Origin: Azolla caroliniana | Lineage: Eukaryota; Plantae; Polypodiophyta | Direction of reading: 5' to 3' | DNA length: 64,000 bases | Assembly (NCBI GenBank): GCA_043228905.1 | Contig: JBHGNT010000003.1 | Span: forward strand, 2,294,001-2,358,000 | Shown: positions 1-11,527 of the stretch, one piece after another | Position numbering within the stretch: position 1 is the stretch's first letter | How the letters are laid out: each line of letters starts with the position of its first letter | Position numbers and translations under genes: made by a program | Notes under the pieces: generated by a model | Databases searched by the model: none | What the model saw: only the letters and a program-made list of their open reading frames with translations | Told to the model about the DNA's origin: nothing

Positions 1-1
1 C

Positions 2-250
2 CTTGACAATCAACATAGTACAACAAGGAAGTTCGCAAGAAGATGGTTCGGGCCGTATGTGGTGACAAGTGCCAACGATAATGCCACATACCACCTTGCG
101 GAACTAGACGGATCAAGGTTGGCCGTACCCATTGCAGGAAAAAGAGTAAAGATTTTCAAGAAAAGACAAGACAAGGATCCTGACCTCGATTACCTCGACG
201 ATGAACATAATAGGCCGGATAAAAATGAAGACATGGAGGAATCTAATTGA
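2..250 (+). CDS. Gypsy integrase C-terminal fragment (partial at window edge)
   Basis: LDNQHSTTRKFARRWFGPYVVTSANDNATYHLAELDG closely matches LDNQHRATRKFARRWFGPYVVQSANDNGTYHLAELDG in the 47-54 kb element. Confidence 0.85.
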   Translation, partial: LDNQHSTTRKFARRWFGPYVVTSANDNATYHLAELDGSRLAVPIAGKRVKIFKKRQDKDPDLDYLDDEHNRPDKNEDMEESN

Positions 251-690
251 TCATCGTAGCCGAAATCTCACTTCTTCTCTTCTGGAGGACGTGCGGTTTG
301 GTGGGGGTGGATGTCGTGAAGATTTTCGGCAATAGTGTGAAAATCCCATAAAACGTACGAAATCGAGTATGAATCACGTAGTACAATAATTGTGAAGATA
401 ACATTTTAAATAGATTTAATATCTAAGTACAAAATGATGGAGGTTTCGAATGCACTTTATTACACGAGAAACGGACAACAAAATGTCAAGATATGAGGGT
501 ATAAAGTTTGTAAAAGGAAAGGAGAAAATTGTGAGATATCCCACATAGGCACGACAAATACAGCTCTCATCATATATAAGGTGGAGCAAAAGATATTATC
601 TTTGTGTCTATGTGTGGAGCATAGAGAGTTCAAGGTAACTTGAACTAAGAGTGGAGGTGGGCTAGCTACACGTAAAGGGTTTTGGCCAAC

Positions 691-905
691 CAAAACCGTA
701 CCGGCGATGGAGCCGATGATCCGGCGGCGGTGATCCGACGGCATCCGGCACCGGTATCCGGCGACGCATTGGTATCCGGCGGCATCACCGTTATGCGGCG
801 ACGGCACCGGTAACTGACGGCATCCGGCCGGTGATCCGGCGGCATCCGGCACCGGTAACCGACGGCATCTGGCGACGGCAACGGTAACCGACGGTATCCG
901 GCGAC
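691..905. repeat. GC-rich array of short ATCCGGCG / CCGGTAACCGACGG motifs, resembling DNA-transposon subterminal repeats
   Basis: Many imperfect copies of the motifs, sharply bounded by AT-rich DNA. Family assignment is inference only. Confidence 0.55.
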
Positions 906-949
906 TAGATAAATAAATAAATAAATATATAGATATTTACATATACAAG

Positions 950-1020
950 GAGGGCAAGTAAGGATTCGAACCTTGCACCTCCAAGTTAGGAGTCAATTGG
1001 CTTACCATTAAGCCATGCTA
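950..1020 (-). other. tRNA-derived (SINE-head-like) cassette with Pol III A and B boxes
   Basis: Minus strand reads TGGCTTAATGG (A box, 1005-1015), D stem GCTT/AAGC, loop CTCCTAA and GGTTCGAATCC (B box, 962-972). Acceptor and anticodon stems do not pair. Confidence 0.6.
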
Positions 1021-1081
1021 TTTAGTTGAAATTATATTTCTATCATTGTACTTTTACATGTAAATTCTCATACATGAGAAC

Positions 1082-1368
<287 letters not shown>

Positions 1369-1562
1369 TTACATCTCTCTCAATCATGTAATCTCAACTT
1401 CTCTCAATCAATCTCTCTCAATCATGTAATCTCAACTTCTCTCTTTCCCAATCTATCTTAAGTACTTTCTCGCCAAAGCTTGTATCGACTCTAAATCCTT
1501 CTGGTCCAGAACCCAGGCGGTTCCGCCTCACGATCCGCGCGTAGTGACGGATCTTCACGACA

Positions 1563-1782
1563 ACGTCTCTTTCAAGCATCATTTTTTACGAGACTTAATT
1601 GAAGAGAAGAAGCTAGATTTGAAGTATGCGTCTACAACACTAATGTGGGTCGATTTTCAAACAAAGCCAGTACCTCAAACAAAGCTTGTCGCTTGTTGTC
1701 GAAAGATTGGTCTTACAATGCCAAACTATTCTTCGAACGACAATACTTTTGAATAAAATAATATTTAGCTTAAGGGGGGGGG
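1563..1782 (+). mobile_element. Copia RNase H C-terminus and PPT (remnant interrupted by the Gypsy)
   Basis: VSFKHHFLRDLIEEKKLDLKYASTTLMWVDFQTKP resembles the Copia 'ryHfiRd...ADilTK' motif; followed by TTAAGGGGGGGGG at about 1770-1782. Confidence 0.7.
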
Positions 1783-2009
1783 CGGAAATATTTAATCTAA
1801 ATATTATATTATTAATATTACTATTATTATTATTAAAATAAGTAATTACGAAGAGTTATTTACAATTACACTTTAGAGAAAACTGTTCATTGAAGAGACA
1901 TAACTTTTTGTCCATCGGCTCTACAAACAAGCCATTTGGCTAATGTAACATCATACAATTAATATAGAACAAATTATGTATGTGTGATCTCTCTCTCTGT
2001 AGCAAATCA

Positions 2010-2545
2010 TTCTCTATTTGTATAGTTGCCGAATTCTACAGGGACATCCAAAAGTCATTCGAAGAATGTAAAACAGAAGAAGCCATCAATCCACGTAGAT
2101 TCCCAAAACAAACAGATCCCACAATAACTGATCTTCCATCCGCAACTCAACTCTCTAAAGCGGGCATCAAGTTTAGGGCTATTGAAGGTAGCATATCGGC
2201 GATGAAATACAACAAAAGAAGCCTTCAGTTCGATCTTCCACGACTTGTTGTGCAAGATACCGCAGAGAATGTGTTGATGAACCTCCTTGCATATGAACAA
2301 AGCCTTACCAATGCTACTGGTGGGTTCTCTCTGTATGTGGTAACCAAACTCCCTTATCAAGACCCAAGAAGATCTGGCAATCTTCACTAAGGCACAGGTG
2401 ATAGGGATCAAGCTTGGAAACATCGAAAGGTTGATCCCGATGTGGAGTGCCATGGCCAAGAATGTTATGATTCGATTGCCCGAAAGATGGGAAGAGATGA
2501 TAGACGATGTAATGGAGTATTTTACTTTGTCATGGCAATTGATTT
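2010..2545 (+). pseudogene. DUF247 (UPF0481) pseudogene, 3' half only
   Basis: LPSATQLSKAGIKFRAIEGSISAMKYNKRSLQFDLPRLVV...NLLAYEQ aligns with 36784-38202; frameshifted; 3' flank 2660-3290 matches 38200-38790. Confidence 0.88.
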
Positions 2546-3994
2546 CAGTTCTTCCGGCATTTCTATCGCACACATGGTTATACGTTCTTAGGTTATTATC
2601 AAAAATCCCAATTTAACTATTGAACCTTAATAAAACCATACGGCTAAAATAAAGACCCGGAAACAATGGAGTGTTGGAGCTTTGATCATTCATTTGAGAT
2701 TTCATTGTACGTTATTTCTATTATTTTTCTTATAACTCTTAGAAGATGTAGTAGAAATAAAATAAGCGACAAAGAATATGAGGTTTATGGACTCATAAAA
2801 AACATGGTCGAATATGCTACTTGCAATCCCATACTAAATAATTAGTGATTACTGTATTAATTGAGTATCTTGTACAAGCTTTGGTTCAATAAACATTATG
2901 TTTTGAATGATTCTCATTAGACAATCACATATGCATTGATCACATCACAAACATATGTTAGGATACCCCAACATAGATAGATAGAGGGCCCATTCTACCC
3001 ATATTATGCATCGCTGGTATTTACACAAGATCTCTACTTGAAGCATAGGCATTGGCAAGTAATATGCAACAATTTTATTTGCGGAAATATTCACACTCTA
3101 CTTGCTTCGCAATTTGTACACAAATGTGACGAATGAACTAAATGAACATGCTTTCAACTGCTTGTGCCTTGGACGTTGTATCATGTCGGGACACTAACAT
3201 GCTCGACTTAGTATTTGAACTCTATTTATCATTGGTGAAAGTTTATAATGAACTTACGATAACCAAATGATGATAGCAGACAACCTCGGGGTGTTAAAGA
3301 GAGAGAACTAATCTCCATGCTTCTTGTATTTATATCATTCACTTCACAAGACGAGTAGATGTTAGATATAGAGACCAATGTTGGCACAAAATTCCGTAAG
3401 GGAAAAGAATACATATTAGAGGTAGAAGCAAAGTTAATACTTTAGGTTGTAATGATCAATGCCATAACTATGGTGGTTAATTGTCATTCAGATTGTGAGT
3501 ACTTAGATTGATGTTTCATGGATGGGGTCAGAGACCAAGTAGGACGTGACAGTTTCAAAGTCTCCTCGACTGCTTACAAGAATAAATTTCACCTACAAAA
3601 ATGCTCCTTAGTAGTAGTCCGAGGTGTCATAATATTGTATATAACTGTGTATTTGAGATTGCTTTGTTAGAATGTAATGTAGGAATGAGAACTTCTAACA
3701 AAATCTATATCCTACAAATCATGACTTTGGTAGATGAAAGTCTAATCGGAAACTTGTGAACAACTAACTGACAACTTGAGTGTACAAAGAGCATAATCTC
3801 ATTTATTATTTGAAGTCAATTATATATGTCGTCCAAATTCTAATTTGGTTAATCTCAATCATTGGTTATTTCTGCGTGTGGATATCCCTTTCTTCTTTCT
3901 GAAGATAGGCAAGCATTCTGAGGATTTGATCAAGATATTTATGTCTAAGTAATGAAGAATAGAGAAGAAGGCCAAAGTAAGGATGTAAAACATA

Positions 3995-4150
3995 AACTTA
4001 ATCTCTAAAATCGAGATCAAGCTCCCCTAAATGAGAATCCAATCTAGGCTGTCTAAATTAAAGAATGGCACAGAACATGTGTTGAGCAAACTCTTACATC
4101 CACAAAACTTTTACAATAAGGAGTTCCCTTTACTATGTATGCGATCATAA
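3995..4150 (+). promoter_or_regulatory. Conserved upstream block shared with the DUF247 genes (putative promoter region)
   Basis: ATCTCTAAAATCGAGATCAAGCTC...AATTAAAGAATGG...TTTACAATAAGGAGTT recurs at about 36390-36535, 40380-40555, 43866-44010 and partly at 57735-57780, each time upstream of a start codon. Confidence 0.5.
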
Positions 4151-4249
4151 AGTTGAGTTTAGTCAGCTCATCAACACCCATGACATGAACCATGTAGGGA
4201 AGTTGAGTTTAGTCAGCTCATCAACACCCATGACATGAACCGTGTAGGG
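4151..4249 (+). repeat. 50-bp tandem duplication
   Basis: AGTTGAGTTTAGTCAGCTCATCAACACCCATGACATGAACC(A/G)TGTAGGG occurs twice; single copy in the paralogous region near 44010. Confidence 0.9.
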
Positions 4250-4407
4250 GTGTGGACAACTTTAGCTGTATGCTTTGGCTATGGTGCATAAAATGATGAA
4301 GAAGAAGGGGAAAAGACCATGCTTCTTTGGCAAACTCCTATTGGCGAAGTCTTAAGCTTTCACAATAGGAGAGGAAGAAGAGAAGTAGAAATCGCGAAGC
4401 TTGAGCT

Positions 4408-4972
4408 GTGGTGAGATTTTTCCATGTGGAGCTCATCATTGGGCTTATTCTGTCACTACTACTTCTCATAGCAGGGTTATATCAGCTATGGAGACCTTCA
4501 AGCAAGAAAGATAAACACCAGCATGACAAGAAGTTGCCTTTACCTCCGGGTAGTCTCCGCCTTCCCTTCATTGGTGAAAACCTAGAGCTTTATAGAGCAA
4601 ACTTGCAAGGGCTCCTGTGGAAATTCATGGATGACCACATCTACGCCTATGGAGAGACATTCAAGACTCGCCTAATGGTAGTTCTTGCTAGACCTTTTGG
4701 TTAACAAGGCAGCCTTCTCTAATGTCCATGTCTTTTTTTCCCCCAAGAATTCTCTCTGTGCTCGGGACCAAATCCATCGTTGGACATTTTGGAGCTCACG
4801 CAGGTCGGTTTCGGAAGGCCCTCATGATGTTCTTGCGACTTGAATCTTTGCAAAGATACACGAACCGAGTCGATCTCATTCTCCTCAGGTTCATTAAAGA
4901 GCATTTTCAAGGCAAATCCCAGGTCATTCTAGCCCCCTTGATGAAGGACCTCATGTTCTGCTTGGCCTACCA
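4408..4972 (+). pseudogene. Cytochrome P450 (CYP85 clan, CYP716/CYP725-like) 5' fragment
   Basis: N-terminal anchor, basic stretch, LPLPPGSLRLPFIGE hinge, YGETFKT, RKALMMFLRLESLQRY. Internal deletion/frameshift near 4680-4720; cut by a Copia LTR at about 4975. Confidence 0.85.
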
Positions 4973-4974
4973 CT

Positions 4975-6990
4975 TTATTCAATAGTTACAACGACAACAA
5001 CTTCTATGAGCTAGATTACAATGCCACTTATATAGTAACTGGGCTAGGGCAACTGCCCTTTGACATATTTACAAAATTGACCTAAACTTAGACTGTCCAT
5101 GGGACAATGTGAATACAGTCATTATATACCCATATTCAACACTCCCTCGTAATGGGCGTATACAACGAGAGATCTATAAAGGAAGAAAACAGGAAATACA
5201 GATTGTTGAACAAATCGATTTTGTTCGAGTTGGCAGAATCCAAGAATAGAAGACTGAGTCCGGCCAGGGTCAGAAGAGTTGAAACCGAGCCTCAAACTGC
5301 GAGCCTCAAATCGGAATGTCGGGCCAAGTATTGCCAAAATTGGGATCGGTGAGGAGTCACATGGTAGGACACACCTGAATCCAAGAGCCATGTGCTCGAT
5401 CCCTCAGTCGTAAGCAGAACTTTTGATTTGAGTGGGGTTTCAATGGATAATATGCTGGGGTTGTCCATCAATACTTTGGGTGATGAGGCGATGTAGTTAA
5501 CTTCCTGTCAGCCACCCTTGAGATCAACTCTTTGACCTTTTTCGTTTCTAGCTTTAAGGGCGCAACAGTCGGCCTTCATATGTCCGGGTTTCTTGCAGTA
5601 GTTGCAGGTTCGATTATCCTGGGACTTGCTTTGGCTTCGCTGATTTGTCTGTGGTCGAGAAGAACTTCTTCCTCAATTGTTCAGTCGGTCAGTTGAACCT
5701 TGTACTACATATGAGTCATCTACCAAGTCTTTTGCAAATGATTTCCTCCGAGCTGCTTCGGTCAGGATTGCGCTCGTAACTTCAGATTACTTCCTTCACA
5801 ACGGCAATAGAAGCATTGCACAAAGTTGTGACAAAAAGTTTCCCACGAAAGGGGGAAACTACTCATGAGCAACATTGCTCTCAATTCATCCTCGATTGTG
5901 GTCCCCTAACCCGAAACTAGTAGCTTAAACTTTTGTACACGTTTAGGTGTGCTTGAACCGAGTCAGATTCTTTCATCCGAAGGTTGTAGAGAAGTTGGAT
6001 CAAATATATCTTTTTGGCGGCGACCTTCTTTTCATAAGTGTTTGAAAAGCGGTCAAACACGATTACATTGTAAAGTACACTATCTTCAACAAGTGCCTTT
6101 GAATTATGGCAGGAACAATTCCCTCCAGCTTCTTGCATTCGTTTGGCTTGTATCCTTCTAGACCTTTTTCGGTTTTGATTCGGTTGATGTATTGGTTTGC
6201 AAGACTTTTTCCGGGGTCGACTATGAACAATGGTCGGGTGCAGCTGGGTGGCTCACTTGATATTGTCTTAGTCGGATTTGGACCCAAGTCGAATCAACTT
6301 TGACTACTAGTGGATTCTGTTTGAGGTGCCTACGGCCCGCCTATGGTAGATTGACCTAACCGAATTGGACACGAATGCGCCGATTAGTTACCTGATTGGA
6401 TTTGGGATGACAGTAAAGTACTAAACTTGCTCGAAGTGGCTACGACGATTGGAGGGATAGAGCCGACTGGTCTTCCCGAATGTCGCTTAACCGACTTGAG
6501 CACAATTCGTTGTTGACTTGATTCCAAGAGACCTATCATAGATTATGTGTCGGTTATCCAGGCCGATCTTACTTCGAGTGACTACGACGATTGGAGGGAC
6601 AGATTTGGCTGGTCTTCCCAGACTTCGTCTAGCCGAGTGAACTACAAATGGGGTTGCTCTTGGGGTCGGATCTGCTTTGAGCAGTTAGGATAAACGAGTA
6701 GACAATGTCAAAGAACCTGTCAGATTGTTGACTAACCTGATAAAGCACGATCGAGGATGATTTGATGGGGATTCCACTCCGAGCGGCTACAATCACAGAA
6801 ACAAAGTACAACCGATTGGCTTACTCCAGGAGTGATTTAGCCCAACATCCTTGGACTCATGGTCTTCGAGAAAGCAGGGGCAAGAATGTTGTTGAAAAAT
6901 AGACAGCGAGTTGAACAACTTTTTGCTCTGATACCAGATGTTGGGAACTGACACCGGTAGTGCGGAAATTGAAAAATTCTTGATGGGACA
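4975..6990 (-). mobile_element. Degenerate, internally deleted Copia related to the 10517-16068 element
   Basis: PBS TGGTATCAGAGC at 6925-6936 (minus); gag remnants (NTYEKKVAAKKIYLIQLLYNLRMKESDSVQAHLN, zinc knuckle, WLLDSG). Jumps from protease to the 3' UTR/PPT at 5142-5163. Partial LTR 4975-5141 aligns with 10517-10690. Confidence 0.8.
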
Positions 6991-7733
6991 TAGTCATATC
7001 ATTGGAAAATGGAAAAGAGAAAACAAATGGGGCATTCAAAAGCATGCGACATTAATATAAATAAAGACACTTAATATTTTCATAGATTCATAATGCTTCA
7101 AAACTAAATTTTAACGTAGCACGACATCATCAAAATGCTTTTAATTATACAACAGGATGAAAAGCCACGTTTGATAGATGTAAAAATCTTAATTCTCTAA
7201 TATGAACGCAGAGCTTTATAATCCAAGGGGCAACAAAATTTTATCATAGAAATGTGCAAATCGACCTCCGATTCATAGGCGAGTCCCTTGCTTTGCTCAC
7301 ATCTATTAAGAGGACGAACATTAAAGAACCTCAGTGCAAATCATGACTTTATAAAAAGCGAACAATTCTGAGCCTAATACTCTTCACAACCTACTTTTGT
7401 GAAGCCTAAAAATTCCAACAATAGTAACACCACTATGACAACAACAACACCATATCATGATCTAATAGTAAACCCACCGGATTGTGACATACTTGTCTCT
7501 GTAACATATCCACTAGTTTAATTAGTATCCCATGGTATGATAATAGTTAACCAACATGAATTCCTTCACACATGATTCTTGTTGTTAATGTAATGAGTAG
7601 AATTTATTTGGGTTATATTCTCTTATAATCTTGATGACTATGATTGTTTCCATACATTGGTTATGGCCCACGGGTAGTAGTGAATTGTGAGTCTAGGGGA
7701 CACCTTTATTTTTCTCTTTCTCTCCCAAAAGAT

Positions 7734-8405
7734 TGTTAAACACAGTGCTCGGCCACAACCGAGGAATAGGATCAACTCACAGAAAACAGGAAATAAAAAA
7801 AAATGCACGAAGACAATAGAGAGAAGAGTACACAGGATGTTTTACGTGGAAAACCCTAAATGGGAAAAACCACGGGAGTCCGCGAACTCCAATTATCACT
7901 ATGCGTAGGGAATGTACAATGGCGAGCTGCAAGGCGACGACCTTGAGCTCGTTGTCCTCGCCACAGGCGGCGGTAATACACAGAGGCAACGACCTCTTCG
8001 TCTCTCTCTCTCTCTCACTCTCTCTCGGCTGCTCTCACTCTCTCCCTCTAAGTGAAAAACAGAAAAATGAGCAACAACACATAAACTGTTTGCCCTAGGT
8101 CATATTTATACACATATGACTTTCGGGCTATTTACAAATATAGCCTCAAGGGCCCTTGGCAAACATATTCACAAATATGTCCCCGCATCCGGATCTCTCT
8201 CTGGGTACATTCGTCATCCGGCTCCGTAGCCGGGGTCTTCAGCATCCGGCTCCGTAGCCGGGGTCTTCATCATCCGGATCCATAGCCGGGTACTCTTCAT
8301 CCGGCTTCATGCCGGGTACTCTTCATCATCCGGTTCCGTAACCGCAACCGGGCTTGCCGTCATTCATCTCCGGACATCCCATCCGGAGGGACCGAAATCC
8401 CAACA
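7734..8405 (-). repeat. 3' LTR (672 bp)
   Basis: TGTT...AACA ends; near-identical to 18060-18705 with one extra 26-bp repeat unit. Confidence 0.95.
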
Positions 8406-8415
8406 AACTCCCCCT

Positions 8416-10516
8416 TCACTTCGGCATGGGATGTCTCTCCAATCCGATCCTCTTCCGGCATGCTTCCAGCTTGTCGGGTGTGAGCACCTTGGTCAGCATA
8501 TCCGACCCGTTCTCGTCCGTGTGGATCTTCGTCAGCACGAACTCCTTGTCTTCTATCCTTTCCCGGATCCAGTGGTATCTACGCTGGATGTGTTTCGTCC
8601 GGGAATGGTAGGCCACGTTCTTCGCAAGGTGGATGGCACTCTGACTATCGCAGTAGAGCCGGTACTCCTCCTGCCGGATACCGAACTCTCTAATGAAGTC
8701 CTTCATCCATATTATTTCCTTGCCGGCTTCAACAGCCGCCATGTACTCCGCCTCCGTGGTTGACAACGCAACCATCTTCTGCAACCTCGACTGCCACGAA
8801 ACGGCTCCCCCTGCATATGTCATTACATACCCTGATGTAGACCGGCTGGTATCCGCATCAGCCGACATGTCCGAATCGGTAAATCCATCGAGTTCGGGCT
8901 TACCGGAGCCGAATCGGAGACACATGTTCGAAGTGCCCTTTAAGTATCGGAGTATCCATTTGACCGCGTTCCAGTGCTCCTTGCCGGGATTACTCATATA
9001 CCGGCTCACCACTCCGACTGCGTATCCAATGTCCGGTCGGGTACACACCATTGCGTACATCAAGCTCCCGACGGCAGAGGCATATGGTATCTTCATCATA
9101 TCCTCCTTTTCAACTTTTGTCTTGGGACTTTGCTTGCCGGATAACTTGCAGTTTGCCGGAAGGGTCGACCCGACCGGTCTTGCTTCCGACATGTTGAACC
9201 GGTGAAGCACCTTTGTCACGTACTTCTCCTGTGACAGCCACAACTGCTTCTTCTTCCGGTCCCGGATGATGTGCATCCCTAGTATTTGCCTCGCCGGACC
9301 CAGGTCCTTCATTGAGAAAGTTCGGTGAAGCGCTTTCTTCAGCATCCGTATCTTGACCTGGTCCCGTCCAACGATCAACATGTCGTCCACGTACAGGAGG
9401 AGTATTAGAAAGTCTCCTCCTTCGAACTTCTTCACAAACACGCAGTGATCGGACTGCGTTTTGTGGTACCCTTCGTCAGTCATGAAAGAGTCGAACTTCC
9501 GGTACCACTGCCGGGGAGCCTGCTTCAGTCCGTAAAGGCTCTTCTTCAACCGGCATACCAGGTGCTCCTTCCCTTTCTTCTCGAATCCTTCCGGTTGCTG
9601 CATGTAGATCTCTTCTTCGAGGTCACCGTGAAGGAATGCCGTCTTCACGTCCATCTGTTCTACCTCGAGGTCCATGCTTGCCGCTATGCTCAGCACCGTC
9701 CGGATGGAGGTCATCTTCACTACCGGGGCAAATATCTCGTCAAAGTCGACGCCCTTCTTCTGCTGGAACCCCTTCACCACGATCCTGGCTTTGTATCTCG
9801 GGGAGTTTCCGGCATCTCCCGGTTTCAGCTTGAACACCCACTTGTTTCGAAGTGCCCGCTTTCCTTTCGGCAACTCCACAAGTTCATATGTCTAGTTCTC
9901 ATGCAGGGAATCCATCTCCTCCTGCATGGCACTTAACCACCTGCGGCTATGTGTGTCAAGCTTTGCTTCTTCAAAACTCTCCGGCTCCCCCTCGTCGGTT
10001 AGCAGCACGTGCTCTGGTTCCGGAAATCTCCGGGGGGCCCTTCTCTCTCTTAGAGGATATCTCCGTTCCGGAGCTTCGGTAACCGGCTCCTCCGTTTCCT
10101 CTTCATCCGAATCCATTTCGGGATCGGGGCCGGTTCCGGTATCAGTTTCATCTTCCTCGGCCGGTTCTGTTTCTTCACCGTCTTCGGCCGGATCCTCGAG
10201 TGCTAACCGGTCCGTTGTCGGTCGGGACTGCTCCTCGTAGGGTTGATTCTCACCGGTCGACTTGGAGTTCTTCAACTTCTTCTCCGACTCCCAGTCGGCG
10301 AGTGTCTTGTCCTCCATGAAGATGATATCACGACTCCGGAATATCTTTTTGTCGACCGGGTCCCATACTCGGTAGCCGAACTCGTCATCGCCATAACCGA
10401 GGAATATGCATGGCCGGGTCTTTGGATCTAGCTTTCCTCTCCGGTCCTTTGACACATGCACATATGCGAGACACCCGAACACCTTCAGATGCCGGTAAGA
10501 TACTTCCCTACCGGTC
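8416..10516 (-). pseudogene. Copia pol: integrase C-terminus, reverse transcriptase, RNase H
   Basis: QMDVKTAFLHG, SLYGLKQAPRQW, LLYVDDML and RTKHI motifs; one in-frame TAG at 9892-9894. Confidence 0.93.
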
Positions 10517-10699
10517 TGTCGAATACAAGTGTATAATGGACGTATTCACACTATCCCTTTGTATAGCTCAAGTTTGGGCCATTTGTGTAATTAGCATAAA
10601 TGGTAGTTGCCCTAAGTCTATCACTATATAAAGTGACCTAGTAACCTTTTCATAAGGTTGGTTGTATTATTGTTTCTATTGAATAGAAAGTCTTTTGTG

Positions 10700-10744
<45 letters not shown>

Positions 10745-10830
10745 ACGATCGTAGAAACTGTCATAAGCAGGTATTCAACTCCAATCGAATGCTATTTGAT
10801 CTTCCGCATTGACGGCCTTTGTCATCAACA
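10517..10830 (+). repeat. 5' LTR (314 bp, contains (CT)n)
   Basis: TG...CA ends; differs from the 3' LTR by about 2 substitutions and one CT unit. Confidence 0.95.
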
Positions 10831-11527
10831 TCTGGTATCAGAGCCTGCACAGTATTCGGTCCTTCAATCCGCTGTCGGCCGTCGTCTCAGCCTGCACAGC
10901 ATTCGGTTTCCTGCGTCATTCGAAGAAGAGAGAAGAAGAAGAAAAACGAGGCTTGCATCTCATCGCGTTAGATCATCTTCGCTTGGAGTAAGCCAGCCGG
11001 TTGTACTCTGTTCCTTGTGATCGTAACCGCTCGAGGTGAAATCCCCTTGTGCAACATTGACACGATCGTGCTCCACTCGGTTAAACGGCATCCGAAGAGG
11101 TCATCAAACGCTGCTCGCCGCTCATTGTAACCACTCGGTGCAGATCGGTCTCAAGACAACAACCCCAATTCGTGCTTCATCCGGCTGATCGACATTCGGG
11201 AGGATCAGTTGGATCCGTCTCTCTCGTCGCTGCAGTCACCCGAAGCAGAATCGGTCCAGACAATCGGTTTCAATAATCGGTATTTGGCATATATATTCGG
11301 AAGCGAACCGGGCTCACTCCGACTCGGCAACATTCGGGAAGACCAGTCGGTTCTGTCCCTCAAGTTACCGGAGTCAATTCGAGCAAGTTCAACAATACAT
11401 ATATCCGAAGCCGAACCGACTCGGGTTCAAATCCGACTAGAACGATATCGGGTGAGCCAACCGGCTGCACTCCAACAAGGTTCGTAGTCAACTCCGAACC
11501 GAGCTTCGTCAACCGAAACCAAATTTG

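Noticed and set aside
950-1020. Functional tRNA-Arg(CCT) gene
   Set aside because: D and T arms fold, but the acceptor and anticodon stems do not pair; treated as a tRNA-derived relic.
7841-7877. ACGTGGAAAACCC...GGGAAAAACCACGGGA motif shared with the 58145 LTR as a novel RNA element
   Set aside because: Consistent with the conserved U5-proximal hairpin of Tnt1-type LTRs; reflects relatedness of the two elements.
8185-8352. Palindromic ~28-bp repeats as a CRISPR array
   Set aside because: Units are head-to-tail with no unique spacers, lie inside a Copia LTR, and there are no cas genes.
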